Source: an uncultured Candidatus Saccharibacteria bacterium (GTDB lineage: Bacteria; Patescibacteriota; Saccharimonadia; Saccharimonadales; CAIOMD01). From it: a stretch of DNA of 56,732 nt. Below the pieces are notes generated by a model. The model did not search any database, had not been told where the DNA came from, and was given only the letters and a program-made list of their open reading frames with translations. The position numbers and the translations under genes were made by a program. The first letter of the stretch is position 1, and each line of letters begins with the position of its first letter. The DNA is taken from NCBI GenBank assembly GCA_964566075.1, contig CAZMHJ010000002.1, forward strand, positions 1-56,732. Direction: 5' to 3'. Positions 38,098 to 47,197 of the stretch are shown in pieces.

Positions 38098-38273
38098 TGG
38101 GTTCGGCATATATTTGGCACTATGCCAAATAGCGACCTTGCAGGCAAAACAAACTTAGTTTTGCCAACGCAACCACTTGCGTTGCAAGGGTGGCCAATGT
38201 CCACCGGGCATTGTCGTTCGATTCCCAAATAACGACTAATTTAAAAGCTCCACCATTGGTGGAGCCCTTAAAT

Positions 38274-38348
38274 TGGTGATCCCGAGGGGAATCGAACCCC
38301 TGTTTCCGGGATGAGAACCCGATTTCCTAACCGTTAGAAGACGGGACC
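38274..38348 (-). tRNA. tRNA-Glu (anticodon CUC), CCA encoded
   Basis: Reverse complement reads GGTCCCG-TC-TTCTAACGGTTAGGAA-A-TCGGG-TTCTCAT-CCCGG-AAAC-AGGGGTTCGATTCCCCT-CGGGATC-A-CCA. The GCTCCACCA/TGGTGGAGC hairpin downstream (38247-38265) may terminate it. Confidence 0.85.
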
Positions 38349-38407
38349 ACGTCAACTAAAATTCAGACTAAATTCTAGCAAATAACAGATAAAAAGTCTA
38401 CCTCAGA

Positions 38408-40375
38408 CTAAAACAGTAATTTGCCAACGATAACCCAGCGAATCGCAAAACCTGCAATGAGCGCAAACCCAAAGAAGCCACCACCAAATAGTGCAGGCTT
38501 AGCTTTAAACTGATTAATAATTGCAACCGGTATCGCGTTTTTAACCTCAATATCTTGCGATTTTGCCACACCGTTTTCATTCAGGGTTACTGTATGTTTG
38601 CCGTTTGTCAGTTTACCCGTTTCAATCGTATTGCCATTAATTTCTTTGCCGTCAACTAACACCTCAAACTGGGCGCCTGCAACACTCGGCTGTACGACCA
38701 CATCACCCGTAACGGGGATTGGGTCCGCCGAAGGAGTTGAGCCGATTGTAATTGTTGTTACTGGTTCAGTGGGCGGTGGGGTAGGGGTAGGGGTAGGAGT
38801 TGGGCTTGGCGTGGGTGTGGGCGAAGGTGTGGGCGAAGGTGTGGGAGCAGGCGTAGATACGCTATAGGTAGTGCCATTACGAAGCGTTGAAACAAAATGA
38901 TACTGTAAATCTTGCACACTAGGGCTATTTGTCACACTAAAGGGTGATGTCACATCCTGATATTTACTGCCATTTCTACTTAGGCTTGCGTATACCGTAC
39001 CAGCTGTAAGTGGATAGGTTTTTGCATTCAACCCTGCGGGTGCACTGTATGTATACGAATTACCACCGACTTTTACCGTTATATCACCTGCAGTTGGTAA
39101 TAGACTAAGGACCTCTACCGTGTCTCTTGCAGGGCTAGAGCCACCACGTAAGCTCATTAGTTTTGTTTGGCCACCCGTTGGTTTTGCTGAGTATGGCTGA
39201 TTACGGTGTGATACATATAGCACATCACGTTTAAGCGCTGGCCAGCTACCCGTTTTGAAGCGGGTAATATAATACGATGTTATATCAAGTGGTACCCAGT
39301 TATTGTGGACCGATGGCGACACTTGGGCTCCTTCAGAATAATCGTTCCAGGTTGGAATCTGCACCCAATCGGCACCATTTATGGCTGCATTCCATGTTAC
39401 CCGTAAATTCTCAGTGTTATTTGCTTCGTCATAAATACTTTGATTGGGTCGTTCGTCCTGCATGCTCACCGGTTGCATCCAAATTTTACCTTTTGCGTGA
39501 GCATCATTCATATTGCTTGATAAACTTGCGTTAGCCGCTGGATTTCTATTACCCCAGTTACTAAAGCCATAGCTAAATGGTGCAAAGGCTGTGGCATTGG
39601 CACTGTAGTTCAAAAAACAGGGTACGAGGGCAACGTTCATGCCATAGCTATTTTTCATAATATTTACAAAGTTTTGCCACCATGCTGCGCCTTGTTTTTC
39701 GGGTGCAAATGGCGATATAACCACGCGTCCGTCTGAAAGTTTATATAATGCAGATGAGTCTTTAACGCTCCCAATTGCGGCGGTAAGGGCATTGATGTCA
39801 CCGGTTGCGGAAGCAGTACCGTCGGGCATGAGTATCATTTTGAAGGAGCTGTCAACTTGGGGTGCAGCTTGCAAAAGCAATTGAGCTCTTTGCCAATTTG
39901 CGCTCGTGCTACTGACACTCAATAAGTCAATCGTAAATCCATCAAGTCCAGCTTCAGTTGCACGCCTAACTTCTGTTTTCATATCTTCAAGTTGATAATT
40001 GTTACTAATCGGGGCCCTTGGTAGTGGTCTATCTCTTAAAAGACCACCGTAAGCAGCATGTTTGCCGCTTTCGCCATTTGGGTTCAAGTAGCCATTTGTA
40101 TAGTAGTCAGATGTCGATACTTTATTGTCGAGTGATATCGGATACGGAGTAAAGTAGTGAGCAAATACCTTTTTACTGGCAGATTTAAGTGTTGAGTTAG
40201 CTGGCAAATCAAAAGGAAGTGCAACACTAGCGGCATGAGAATCTGGTGGGGCATTTCGTCCAGCCGCAAAATAGGCAAAACCTGCGACAAATAGAGCTCC
40301 TAAAAAAAGCCACCAGTACGACTCTAACCAATGTAATTTGGCATGGACTCCTTTGTTGATTGTTTGTTTTGCCAT
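38408..40375 (-). CDS. secreted glycoside-hydrolase-like enzyme (GH71/GH99-like TIM barrel, tentative), PT linker, PEGA/Ig-like module, C-terminal TM
   Basis: N-terminal TM, then KKVFAHYFTPYP...GLDGFTIDLL, then PTPSPTPSPTPTPSPTPTPTPTPPPT, then VLVDGK...TNGKHTVTL, then a terminal hydrophobic helix. Confidence 0.75.
   Translation of the reverse strand: MAKQTINKGVHAKLHWLESYWWLFLGALFVAGFAYFAAGRNAPPDSHAASVALPFDLPANSTLKSASKKVFAHYFTPYPISLDNKVSTSDYYTNGYLNPNGESGKHAAYGGLLRDRPLPRAPISNNYQLEDMKTEVRRATEAGLDGFTIDLLSVSSTSANWQRAQLLLQAAPQVDSSFKMILMPDGTASATGDINALTAAIGSVKDSSALYKLSDGRVVISPFAPEKQGAAWWQNFVNIMKNSYGMNVALVPCFLNYSANATAFAPFSYGFSNWGNRNPAANASLSSNMNDAHAKGKIWMQPVSMQDERPNQSIYDEANNTENLRVTWNAAINGADWVQIPTWNDYSEGAQVSPSVHNNWVPLDITSYYITRFKTGSWPALKRDVLYVSHRNQPYSAKPTGGQTKLMSLRGGSSPARDTVEVLSLLPTAGDITVKVGGNSYTYSAPAGLNAKTYPLTAGTVYASLSRNGSKYQDVTSPFSVTNSPSVQDLQYHFVSTLRNGTTYSVSTPAPTPSPTPSPTPTPSPTPTPTPTPPPTEPVTTITIGSTPSADPIPVTGDVVVQPSVAGAQFEVLVDGKEINGNTIETGKLTNGKHTVTLNENGVAKSQDIEVKNAIPVAIINQFKAKPALFGGGFFGFALIAGFAIRWVIVGKLLF
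38770..38852 (-). repeat. coding tandem repeat encoding a Pro-Thr/Ser linker
   Basis: Plus strand reads (ggtgtgggcgaa)/(ggggtag) repeats. Minus-strand translation is PTPSPTPSPTPTPSPTPTPTPTP. Confidence 0.8.
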
Positions 40376-40494
40376 AATTGTTTAGTTTATAACGTGAGTA
40401 TATCATACCTCTGTTAAAAAGCTTGCTTTTTACCGTGAAAACCCAGATAATACACTTATGTTTATTGTTACGGTTACGGTGGGCTAAATCGTAC

Positions 40495-41763
40495 ATGTTT
40501 GGCTTAGGTAAAAACCAAAATAATCCGAGTACTCCAGCCAGTAGTTTGGCGAGTAATTTGCATGACCAAAAAGCAATGTCCGAAATTATTCTTGGCGCTA
40601 TTGAAGATGGTGTGATTTTAATAGATACAAACCGCTCAATACAGATGTTTAATAAAGCTGCCGAAAAAATTACCGGTTGGATTGCTAAAGATGCCATTGG
40701 CCTTGATTATAAATCTGTTATTAAGCTTGCTAATGATAAAAACGAGCCGTACACCCTCGAGCAAGATCCGCTCGATCGTATTTTTGCCGAAATCGCCCCG
40801 ATACGTGATAACGGTGCTTGGCTACAAACCAGTAGTGAAAAAACCATTGCTATTAACCTGAGCGTCAGCCCGCTCATCAACGAAGCAAACGAAATTACTG
40901 GGGCGGTCGCTGTGTTTCGTGATGTAACCTTTGAGCGTCAAGAAGAGAAGCAACGAGCCGAATTTATCAGTACCGCTAGCCACGAGATGCGTACTCCTGT
41001 TGCTGCGATTGAAGGTTATTTAGCACTTGCCATGAACGAACGTGTCTCGCGCATAGATAGCAAAGCCCGTGAATATCTAGAAAAAGCACATGCAAGCACG
41101 GAGCACCTAGGTAAATTATTCCAAGACCTCTTAACCAGTGCTAAAGCAGAAGATGGTCGTTTGCAAAACCACCCGGTTGTTATCGAAATGAGCGAGTTCT
41201 TACAGCAATTAACCGAAGATATGCGCTTTACCGCCGAAAAGAAGGGCCTTGCAGTTGATTTTGTCATTGGTGCCGACCCGGCAGCAGCGGTAAGTGCTAA
41301 GGGTGGTGGCTCAATGAAACTTATAAAGCCTCTGTACTACGTGCACGCCGACCAAGAACGGTTACGTGAAGTGATTGTTAATATATTCGATAATGCCATC
41401 AAATATACAGACGCTGGCAAAATCAGTATTGGTCTTGCAGGTGATGATAATGTTATCCAAATTCGTGTATCGGATACTGGCGCGGGCATTCCACCTGAAG
41501 ACGTTCCGCACCTATTCGAAAAATTCTATCGCGTCGACAACACCGCCACACGCACCATTGGCGGTACTGGTCTTGGCTTGTTTATTTGTCGAAAAATCAT
41601 CGAAATGTATAACGGGCGTATTTGGGTAGCAAGTGATCTAGGTAAGGGGAGCACATTCTTTATGAACCTGCCTCGAATCAGTAGCGAAAAGGCAATGGAA
41701 CTTAAAAAGAAAGAAGACGCCGAAAACCTCCCAACTGGGATTACGCAAACGACTAAAGTATAA
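40495..41763 (+). CDS. cytoplasmic PAS-domain sensor histidine kinase
   Basis: PAS block (ILGAIEDGVILID...FNKAAEKITGW), H-box HEMRTPV, N-box IFDNAIKYT and GGTGLGL. No TM after the preferred ATG 40495. The track start TTG 40423 and an in-frame GTG 40435 are alternatives. Confidence 0.9.
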   Translation: MFGLGKNQNNPSTPASSLASNLHDQKAMSEIILGAIEDGVILIDTNRSIQMFNKAAEKITGWIAKDAIGLDYKSVIKLANDKNEPYTLEQDPLDRIFAEIAPIRDNGAWLQTSSEKTIAINLSVSPLINEANEITGAVAVFRDVTFERQEEKQRAEFISTASHEMRTPVAAIEGYLALAMNERVSRIDSKAREYLEKAHASTEHLGKLFQDLLTSAKAEDGRLQNHPVVIEMSEFLQQLTEDMRFTAEKKGLAVDFVIGADPAAAVSAKGGGSMKLIKPLYYVHADQERLREVIVNIFDNAIKYTDAGKISIGLAGDDNVIQIRVSDTGAGIPPEDVPHLFEKFYRVDNTATRTIGGTGLGLFICRKIIEMYNGRIWVASDLGKGSTFFMNLPRISSEKAMELKKKEDAENLPTGITQTTKV

Positions 41764-41839
41764 GGTGTATTAATAGGATATTGACCATGCTACAATACAA
41801 GCAAATAAGCAAAAGCGTTAAACAAGGGTACTAACGGAT

Positions 41840-43306
41840 ATGCCAAAAATCATGCTCGTCGAAAACGACAACAATCTACGTGAAATCTACGGTGAACGCC
41901 TCATGGCTGAGGGTTACGATATTGTATCTGCCGGTGACGGTGAAGAAGCGCTTGCGCTTGCGGTTAAAGAAAAACCAGACCTTATTGTCAGTGATGTCAT
42001 GATGCCGAAGATTAGTGGTTTTGACATGCTCGATATATTGCGCCAAACCCCAGAAACGAAGAATACCAAAGTTATTATGATGACCGCCCTCAGTCAAACA
42101 GAAGATAAAGACCGGGCTGACAAGCTCGGTGCTGATAAGTATCTCGTTAAGTCTCAAGTTACCCTTGAAGACGTAGCACGTGTTGTGCACGACCTTATTT
42201 ATGGCGAAGATGCCGAGGCCGCTCAAGTAGCAGAAGCCGCAGCAACACCAACTGTTGAACCAGTTGCCGTAGCAACAGAACCAACTGTCGCACCAGTCGT
42301 GGTGGCACCCGAACCCGTAGTTACCGCACCAGCAGAGCCTGTTGTAGCTACCCCCACAGAACCAGCTGTAGCTCCGGTTGTACCAACTGTGGTGGCACCC
42401 GAACCAGTTGTAGCTGCTCCTGTAACCGATGATGGTACCGCAGCGCCGACGGCTGATAATCCTGTCGTACCGACCGATGTTGATGATGACAACGAAGGTA
42501 CACCTATCGTTATGCCGCCAGCACCAGCTTCGCCAGTGGCACCAGAACCCGTAGTTACCGCACCAGCAGAGCCTGCTGTAGCTACCCCTGAACCTGTCAT
42601 TACAAGCCCCGAAGCTACTGAACCCATCGTTGTGGCCGCGAATCCAATGCTTGGCACTGTAGAACCCGCCACATCATCAGCTGAAGCTGAAGCACCTGCT
42701 TCAGAATCTGCTGCAGCACAATCTACACAAGACGAAACCAATGCAATCGCCGAACAAATAAATCAGTTTGTTGCTGAGCAGCCCGCTCAGGAAGCCACTC
42801 ACGAAGCACCACTCGTCGAACCAAGTGCTCAAGATTTAATTCATGCCCAAAACGATATTGAAGACCCAAGTGTCATTAAGCCAGCTGCACCGGTAGACCC
42901 AAGTATTCCAAGTGTTACCGCAGCACCTGCCGACAGCCCAGAGCCCGCTAGTGCTCGCAAAAAAGTGATTTCACCAATTAGCGACCCTAATCAAGGTCCA
43001 AACATTTACGAACTATATGAAAAAGAGATGGCGGATGAAGCGGCAAGCACACCAGTTGTTAACCCCAGTGCAGGCGCTTCAGTAGAAGCCGCAGAGCCCG
43101 ATAATAATCCTATGACCGTAGCATCTACAGAAGTAGCAGCACCGCTTGAGCAAATAGATGTGTCTCAAATTGAGGGAGTAACCGTTGGTGAAGAACAGCC
43201 CCTTGTAGCAGCACCAACCCAACCAGAAGCGCCCGTCGCACCTGAACCTGCCACTACAGAAGAAAAAACAGCCGATCCAAACGACCCTGCAAATTTTGCA
43301 TTGTAG
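41840..43306 (+). CDS. response-regulator receiver fused to a ~360-aa Pro/Ala/Val/Glu-rich repeat tail
   Basis: REC domain (VENDNN...DLIVSDVMMPK...MMTAL...KYLVK) occupies the first ~125 aa. The rest is low-complexity (APEPVVTAPAEPxVATP repeats) with no recognisable output domain. Confidence 0.9.
   Translation: MPKIMLVENDNNLREIYGERLMAEGYDIVSAGDGEEALALAVKEKPDLIVSDVMMPKISGFDMLDILRQTPETKNTKVIMMTALSQTEDKDRADKLGADKYLVKSQVTLEDVARVVHDLIYGEDAEAAQVAEAAATPTVEPVAVATEPTVAPVVVAPEPVVTAPAEPVVATPTEPAVAPVVPTVVAPEPVVAAPVTDDGTAAPTADNPVVPTDVDDDNEGTPIVMPPAPASPVAPEPVVTAPAEPAVATPEPVITSPEATEPIVVAANPMLGTVEPATSSAEAEAPASESAAAQSTQDETNAIAEQINQFVAEQPAQEATHEAPLVEPSAQDLIHAQNDIEDPSVIKPAAPVDPSIPSVTAAPADSPEPASARKKVISPISDPNQGPNIYELYEKEMADEAASTPVVNPSAGASVEAAEPDNNPMTVASTEVAAPLEQIDVSQIEGVTVGEEQPLVAAPTQPEAPVAPEPATTEEKTADPNDPANFAL
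42302..42589 (+). repeat. 54-nt near-identical direct repeat pair within the REC-tail coding region
   Basis: 42302-42355 and 42536-42589 are gtggcacc[c/a]gaacccgtagttaccgcaccagcagagcctg[t/c]tgtagctacccc[c/t]. A shorter third copy lies at ~42392. Confidence 0.8.
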
Positions 43307-43331
43307 CCAATAACCCCTTATTCTTAGGGTG

Positions 43332-44006
43332 ATGAGAATTAATAAGTACCTCGCCGAACGCCTTGGTATATCGCGCCGCAGGGCTGATGATTTTATAAAC
43401 CTACATGACGTAACGGTTAATGGTATGACAGCGCAGTCAGGTCAAGATGTTACCGATTCTGATACGGTATTAGTTGATGGCAAACCGCTAGCCGAAAAAA
43501 AGCAAATTGTATATGTATTGCTAAACAAGCCTACTGGCTATGTTTGTAGTCGAGACGGTCAGGGTAGTAAGACTATTTATGATTTATTGCCACAAGAATA
43601 CTCCCATCTCAACCCAGTGGGCAGGCTCGATAAAGAGAGTTCTGGTCTTTTATTACTGACAAATGATGGCGCGTTACACCAGCAATTAACACACCCTTCA
43701 TTCCAAAAAGAGAAAGTGTATACGGTGACTCTCGACAAAGCGCTGGCTGAACAAGATAAAAAGCACATAGAAGACGGGGTTGATCTATATGATGGTCCTA
43801 GTGCATTATCGTTAACTCTTTTGCGTCGCGATGGTAAAGTATGGCAAGTACGTATGCATGAAGGGCGAAATCGGCAAATACGACGTACATTCGAAGCGCT
43901 TGGCTACACTATCACCGCATTGCATCGTACCCAATTCGGTGATTACACACTCACGCAACTGCAAGAAAAAGCGTTTATCCAGTTGCCGCCACATAATAGG
44001 GCATAG
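43332..44006 (+). CDS. 16S/23S rRNA pseudouridine synthase, RsuA/RluB family
   Basis: S4 domain (MRINKYLAERLGISRR), catalytic GRLDKESSGLLLLTNDG and NRQIRR. Confidence 0.85.
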   Translation: MRINKYLAERLGISRRRADDFINLHDVTVNGMTAQSGQDVTDSDTVLVDGKPLAEKKQIVYVLLNKPTGYVCSRDGQGSKTIYDLLPQEYSHLNPVGRLDKESSGLLLLTNDGALHQQLTHPSFQKEKVYTVTLDKALAEQDKKHIEDGVDLYDGPSALSLTLLRRDGKVWQVRMHEGRNRQIRRTFEALGYTITALHRTQFGDYTLTQLQEKAFIQLPPHNRA

Positions 44007-44733
44007 GATTAGATAATTTTTTTCCACCTTGAATGCTGTCCCATAACGACTCATTGTAGAGTGTATTGGTTTGCACCTCGGCGATAAATTCGCTTGGTTG
44101 CATTTCTGTTTGATAGTGTGCAAGAGGTAGCTCAGGATTAAAAGGGCGAAGCCCAATAGTATACCCAGATGTTGGTATATACGTCTCGGTCCCCGCAAAC
44201 GTAACTGCATCTTCTAAATCAGGCATATCTGGTAACCGGCCTAAGTCGTCCTGATGCACATAGTATTCGTACTCGAGCCGCACCAAACCCCCATAAAAAC
44301 ACTCTTGTATACGCCGTCTAAGGTCAACTTCTTCAAATAAATCTGGCATCGAATAGTATTTTTGGAGTTTCTGGTAGAGCCCTACAACATCTGCAACCGC
44401 CCAATCAGTAGCTTCAAGCTGGCTTGTAACCTTAATAGCAAACCGAGTGTTACCGTCATTAATGCTATGCCATCGTGAAAGTGTAGGGTTACTCGCTAAA
44501 TCAACTGTTGCAATCCCTTCAGTAAACGCGCGAATTGCACGACCCCACACAATATTGTTATCAACCGCTGCTTCGTTTCTAAACTTTACATCTAGCCAAT
44601 CGTCCAAGGCATCAATTGGAATTTTTTTATCTTCAATTTCTTGCCGAAGACCCATTACATAAGCCGATTTAGCATCTACTGGCTCTGGTGATTCACTAAA
44701 ATTATCTTCAAAAGATTCATTTTCGTGTGCCAT
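43975..44733 (-). CDS. hypothetical acidic cytoplasmic protein
   Basis: 252-aa ORF with a GGAGAA RBS and no TM. Its 3' end overlaps the convergent pseudouridine synthase gene by 32 nt. Confidence 0.6.
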   Translation of the reverse strand: MAHENESFEDNFSESPEPVDAKSAYVMGLRQEIEDKKIPIDALDDWLDVKFRNEAAVDNNIVWGRAIRAFTEGIATVDLASNPTLSRWHSINDGNTRFAIKVTSQLEATDWAVADVVGLYQKLQKYYSMPDLFEEVDLRRRIQECFYGGLVRLEYEYYVHQDDLGRLPDMPDLEDAVTFAGTETYIPTSGYTIGLRPFNPELPLAHYQTEMQPSEFIAEVQTNTLYNESLWDSIQGGKKLSNPMPYYVAATG

Positions 44734-44788
44734 TTTTATTTTCTCCGTCTATATATCAGGTATACGCTCATGTTTTAAAAATTGCAAC

Positions 44789-44840
44789 AAAAAAATGAGC
44801 CGGGGCGGGCGCGTCTGATACGACACGCCGCGCCACCGGC
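44789..44840 (-). terminator. G+C-rich hairpin plus T7 (minus strand)
   Basis: Minus strand reads GCCGGTGGCGCGGCGTGTC-GTATCA-GACGCGCCCGCCCCGGC-TCATTTTTTT. The stem is imperfect but long. Confidence 0.55.
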
Positions 44841-44851
44841 TGTGGTGTGGC

Positions 44852-44953
44852 CTACTCCTCGACCTCTTGCCAGAGGCGACCTCGCTTGACCCACCAAACG
44901 ACCCTCTTCTTGGGCTCCGCGAACCCGATGTCTTCTTCGACCTGTGGGATCAT
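44852..44953 (-). CDS. 33-aa basic/Trp-rich micro-protein (not in ORF track)
   Basis: Minus strand has GAGGAGG-tagtca-ATG. Translation is MIPQVEEDIGFAEPKKRVVWWVKRGRLWQEVEE*. It is followed by the hairpin terminator. Confidence 0.4.
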   Translation of the reverse strand: MIPQVEEDIGFAEPKKRVVWWVKRGRLWQEVEE

Positions 44954-44972
44954 TGACTACCTCCTCGTGTTT

Positions 44973-45137
44973 TCAGCTATACAGCTGTGTCTCGAACGAT
45001 TCGTCGTTCCATGAGCTTGCGAACGATACCCAGATGTCGAGCAGCGAATCGCGCTTGATGTATGCGACAGCCGCAAAAGCCGCTACCGCTCCGCTGAGCA
45101 GGGCTACCTTCAATGCACACCCCCACAGATAAGTCAC
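44973..45137 (-). CDS. ~46-54-aa single-TM micro-protein (not in ORF track)
   Basis: Minus-strand ORF (GTG 45137, or TTG preceded by GGGGG) encodes ...LKVALLSGAVAAFAAVAYIKRDSLLDIWVSFASSWNDESFETQLYS*. It stops 19 nt before the ATG of the next micro-ORF. Confidence 0.35.
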   Translation of the reverse strand: MTYLWGCALKVALLSGAVAAFAAVAYIKRDSLLDIWVSFASSWNDESFETQLYS

Positions 45138-45233
45138 TGTTTTTATACAGAGATAAAAAATTATATACTAGTCATGTCGATTGTCAATATTTTGCTGGCT
45201 TTTTACCTCTGTTAATGGTATACTTTCAGGCGA

Positions 45234-46583
45234 ATGAGTAAAAAAGTTCCTATTGTCGCCATCGTAGGCCGCGCGAATGTAGGTAAGAGTAGTTTGTTTA
45301 ACGCCATTATCGGTCACCGAGAGGCGATTGTTGCCAACGAGCCTGGCACCACCCGCGACAGCATTATGGCGCGGGCAAATTATGGTGCGCATGATTTTTG
45401 GCTGATTGATACCGCCGGTATGAAAGACGCCGAAGACGAGTTTGAATTTACCATCCAAGAGCAGATTATTCAGGCAGCTGACAGCGCCGATGTAATCATG
45501 GTTGTGGTAGAAGCAAACGTTATGATTACAGAAGAAGATCGTCGTGTGGCAAAACTCGCTCTTAAAAGCCGCAAACCAGTCATTTTGGTGGTAAATAAGG
45601 TAGATAAAAATGTTCGTGTCCGTCTAGAAGATTATCTAAAGCTTGGTATCAAGCCCGTGATGGCTACCAGTACAACGCAGCGAACCGGTATTGACGAACT
45701 ACTAGAAGAACTCGTAAGCGACTTGCCAAAAGCAACGATTACCGCCGATGATGACCGTATAAAAATTGCCATTTTAGGTCGACCAAATGTTGGTAAAAGC
45801 CAATTATTTAACACCTTGGCAAAAAAACAGCAGGCAATTGTAGCCGACCGGGCAGGTACAACCCGTGACGTCAACCGCACCATTATTAAATACATGGGTC
45901 GCGAGATTGAGCTACTTGATACCGCTGGTATTCGCCGCAACGGCAAGATTGAAGTTGGCGTAGAAAAATTTAGTGTCATCCGAAGTCTAGCCGCAGTTGA
46001 GCAAGCGGATGTCTGTTTTCTGTTGATTGACGTCAACGAAATGAGTGTGCAGCTTGACCAAAAAATTGCTGGTCTTATCAAAGAAGCGGGCAAGGGACTC
46101 GTTATCGTTGTGAGCAAGTGGGACAGCGTAATTGACAAAGATGCTTACACGCGTGATGCCTTAGCACCAAAAATTAAATACGATTTTGACTTTGTGCCAT
46201 GGGCGCCACTCGTATTTACAAGTAGCATCACCGGGCAGAACGTATCAAAATTATTTGAAATTGCACTCGAAATTGTCAACAACCGTACGCAAAAAATCAC
46301 TACTGGAGAACTCAACCGTTGGCTCCGTGCTTGCGTTGATGCACATCCACCTGCAGGGCTTAAAAACAGTTTTCCGCGCCTCAACTACATTACGCAAACA
46401 GACGATGCCACACCAACTTTTAAGGCATTTGGGAGCCACACAAAGTTACTACACTGGAGTTATAAGCGCTATCTAGAACGACGCCTACGTGAAAAATATG
46501 GATACGAAGGCACTCCTGTTCGTTTTATCTTTAGCGAAAAGCACGAACACCAGCCAAACGCACCAAAACCTCGCGGTCGCTAA
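45234..46583 (+). CDS. der: ribosome-associated GTPase Der/EngA
   Basis: Two tandem GTPase domains (GRANVGKSSLFN...DTAG; GRPNVGKSQLFN...DTAG...SKWD) plus a KH-like C-terminus. Confidence 0.95.
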   Translation: MSKKVPIVAIVGRANVGKSSLFNAIIGHREAIVANEPGTTRDSIMARANYGAHDFWLIDTAGMKDAEDEFEFTIQEQIIQAADSADVIMVVVEANVMITEEDRRVAKLALKSRKPVILVVNKVDKNVRVRLEDYLKLGIKPVMATSTTQRTGIDELLEELVSDLPKATITADDDRIKIAILGRPNVGKSQLFNTLAKKQQAIVADRAGTTRDVNRTIIKYMGREIELLDTAGIRRNGKIEVGVEKFSVIRSLAAVEQADVCFLLIDVNEMSVQLDQKIAGLIKEAGKGLVIVVSKWDSVIDKDAYTRDALAPKIKYDFDFVPWAPLVFTSSITGQNVSKLFEIALEIVNNRTQKITTGELNRWLRACVDAHPPAGLKNSFPRLNYITQTDDATPTFKAFGSHTKLLHWSYKRYLERRLREKYGYEGTPVRFIFSEKHEHQPNAPKPRGR

Positions 46584-47197
46584 ACCTCTTCACCTGTGCC
46601 AAACACACGTGGCCTTAAAGCAATAATTCGGGTGAATATAGCAAAAATGTAGAGTGTAACTGCCATTGCAACTACACTTACGAACAGCCACAGCCACGAG
46701 CTGATTTCACCAAGAGAGGCAGCGTTAACAAAAAACAGGTTGGCTAGTGCTTTATTGAGCGAACCGATGAACAGTGCCGCCCACAGCAAAAAGCCAATAA
46801 CGCCCGCAATTCTGAGCGCCAATCGTGCAATATATGCCCTAAATTCGCTAGCTCGACTCTTTTTACTACGTGTATCGTGCAACAGAGTCAGCTCTTCGTC
46901 GGTGCTACGTACTTGCACCACAATATACTCAAAAATAGCAAAGACTACACAACCAATAAGCATCCACACCAAAAAGTCGATAAATCGTGGATCAATTCTG
47001 GTTTCGATGTTATTTAAATACCAGTTACCAATTTGAGTAGCAAAATCTCCGGTATCAGATAACGTATTGGCGTCTTTACCACCAAGTAAAAGCCAAAATT
47101 TTTGGATATTTTCGATAATTAGTAGTGCCAACGAGACGCTTAAAAATACGATTACTTCAGCTTTTTCTGGTGCAACTAATTTTAAAAATGGTTTCAT
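46580..47197 (-). CDS. polytopic membrane protein
   Basis: 205 aa with 4-5 hydrophobic helices. Its stop overlaps the der stop (CTAA). Confidence 0.6.
   Translation of the reverse strand: MKPFLKLVAPEKAEVIVFLSVSLALLIIENIQKFWLLLGGKDANTLSDTGDFATQIGNWYLNNIETRIDPRFIDFLVWMLIGCVVFAIFEYIVVQVRSTDEELTLLHDTRSKKSRASEFRAYIARLALRIAGVIGFLLWAALFIGSLNKALANLFFVNAASLGEISSWLWLFVSVVAMAVTLYIFAIFTRIIALRPRVFGTGEEV

Noticed and set aside
44944-45132. Plus-strand 62-aa ORF in the G+C-rich islet.
   Set aside because: It has a GTG start with no SD. The minus strand offers a GAGGAGG-ATG micro-ORF, an upstream TM micro-ORF and a hairpin-T7 terminator in the right order. The strand call remains uncertain.
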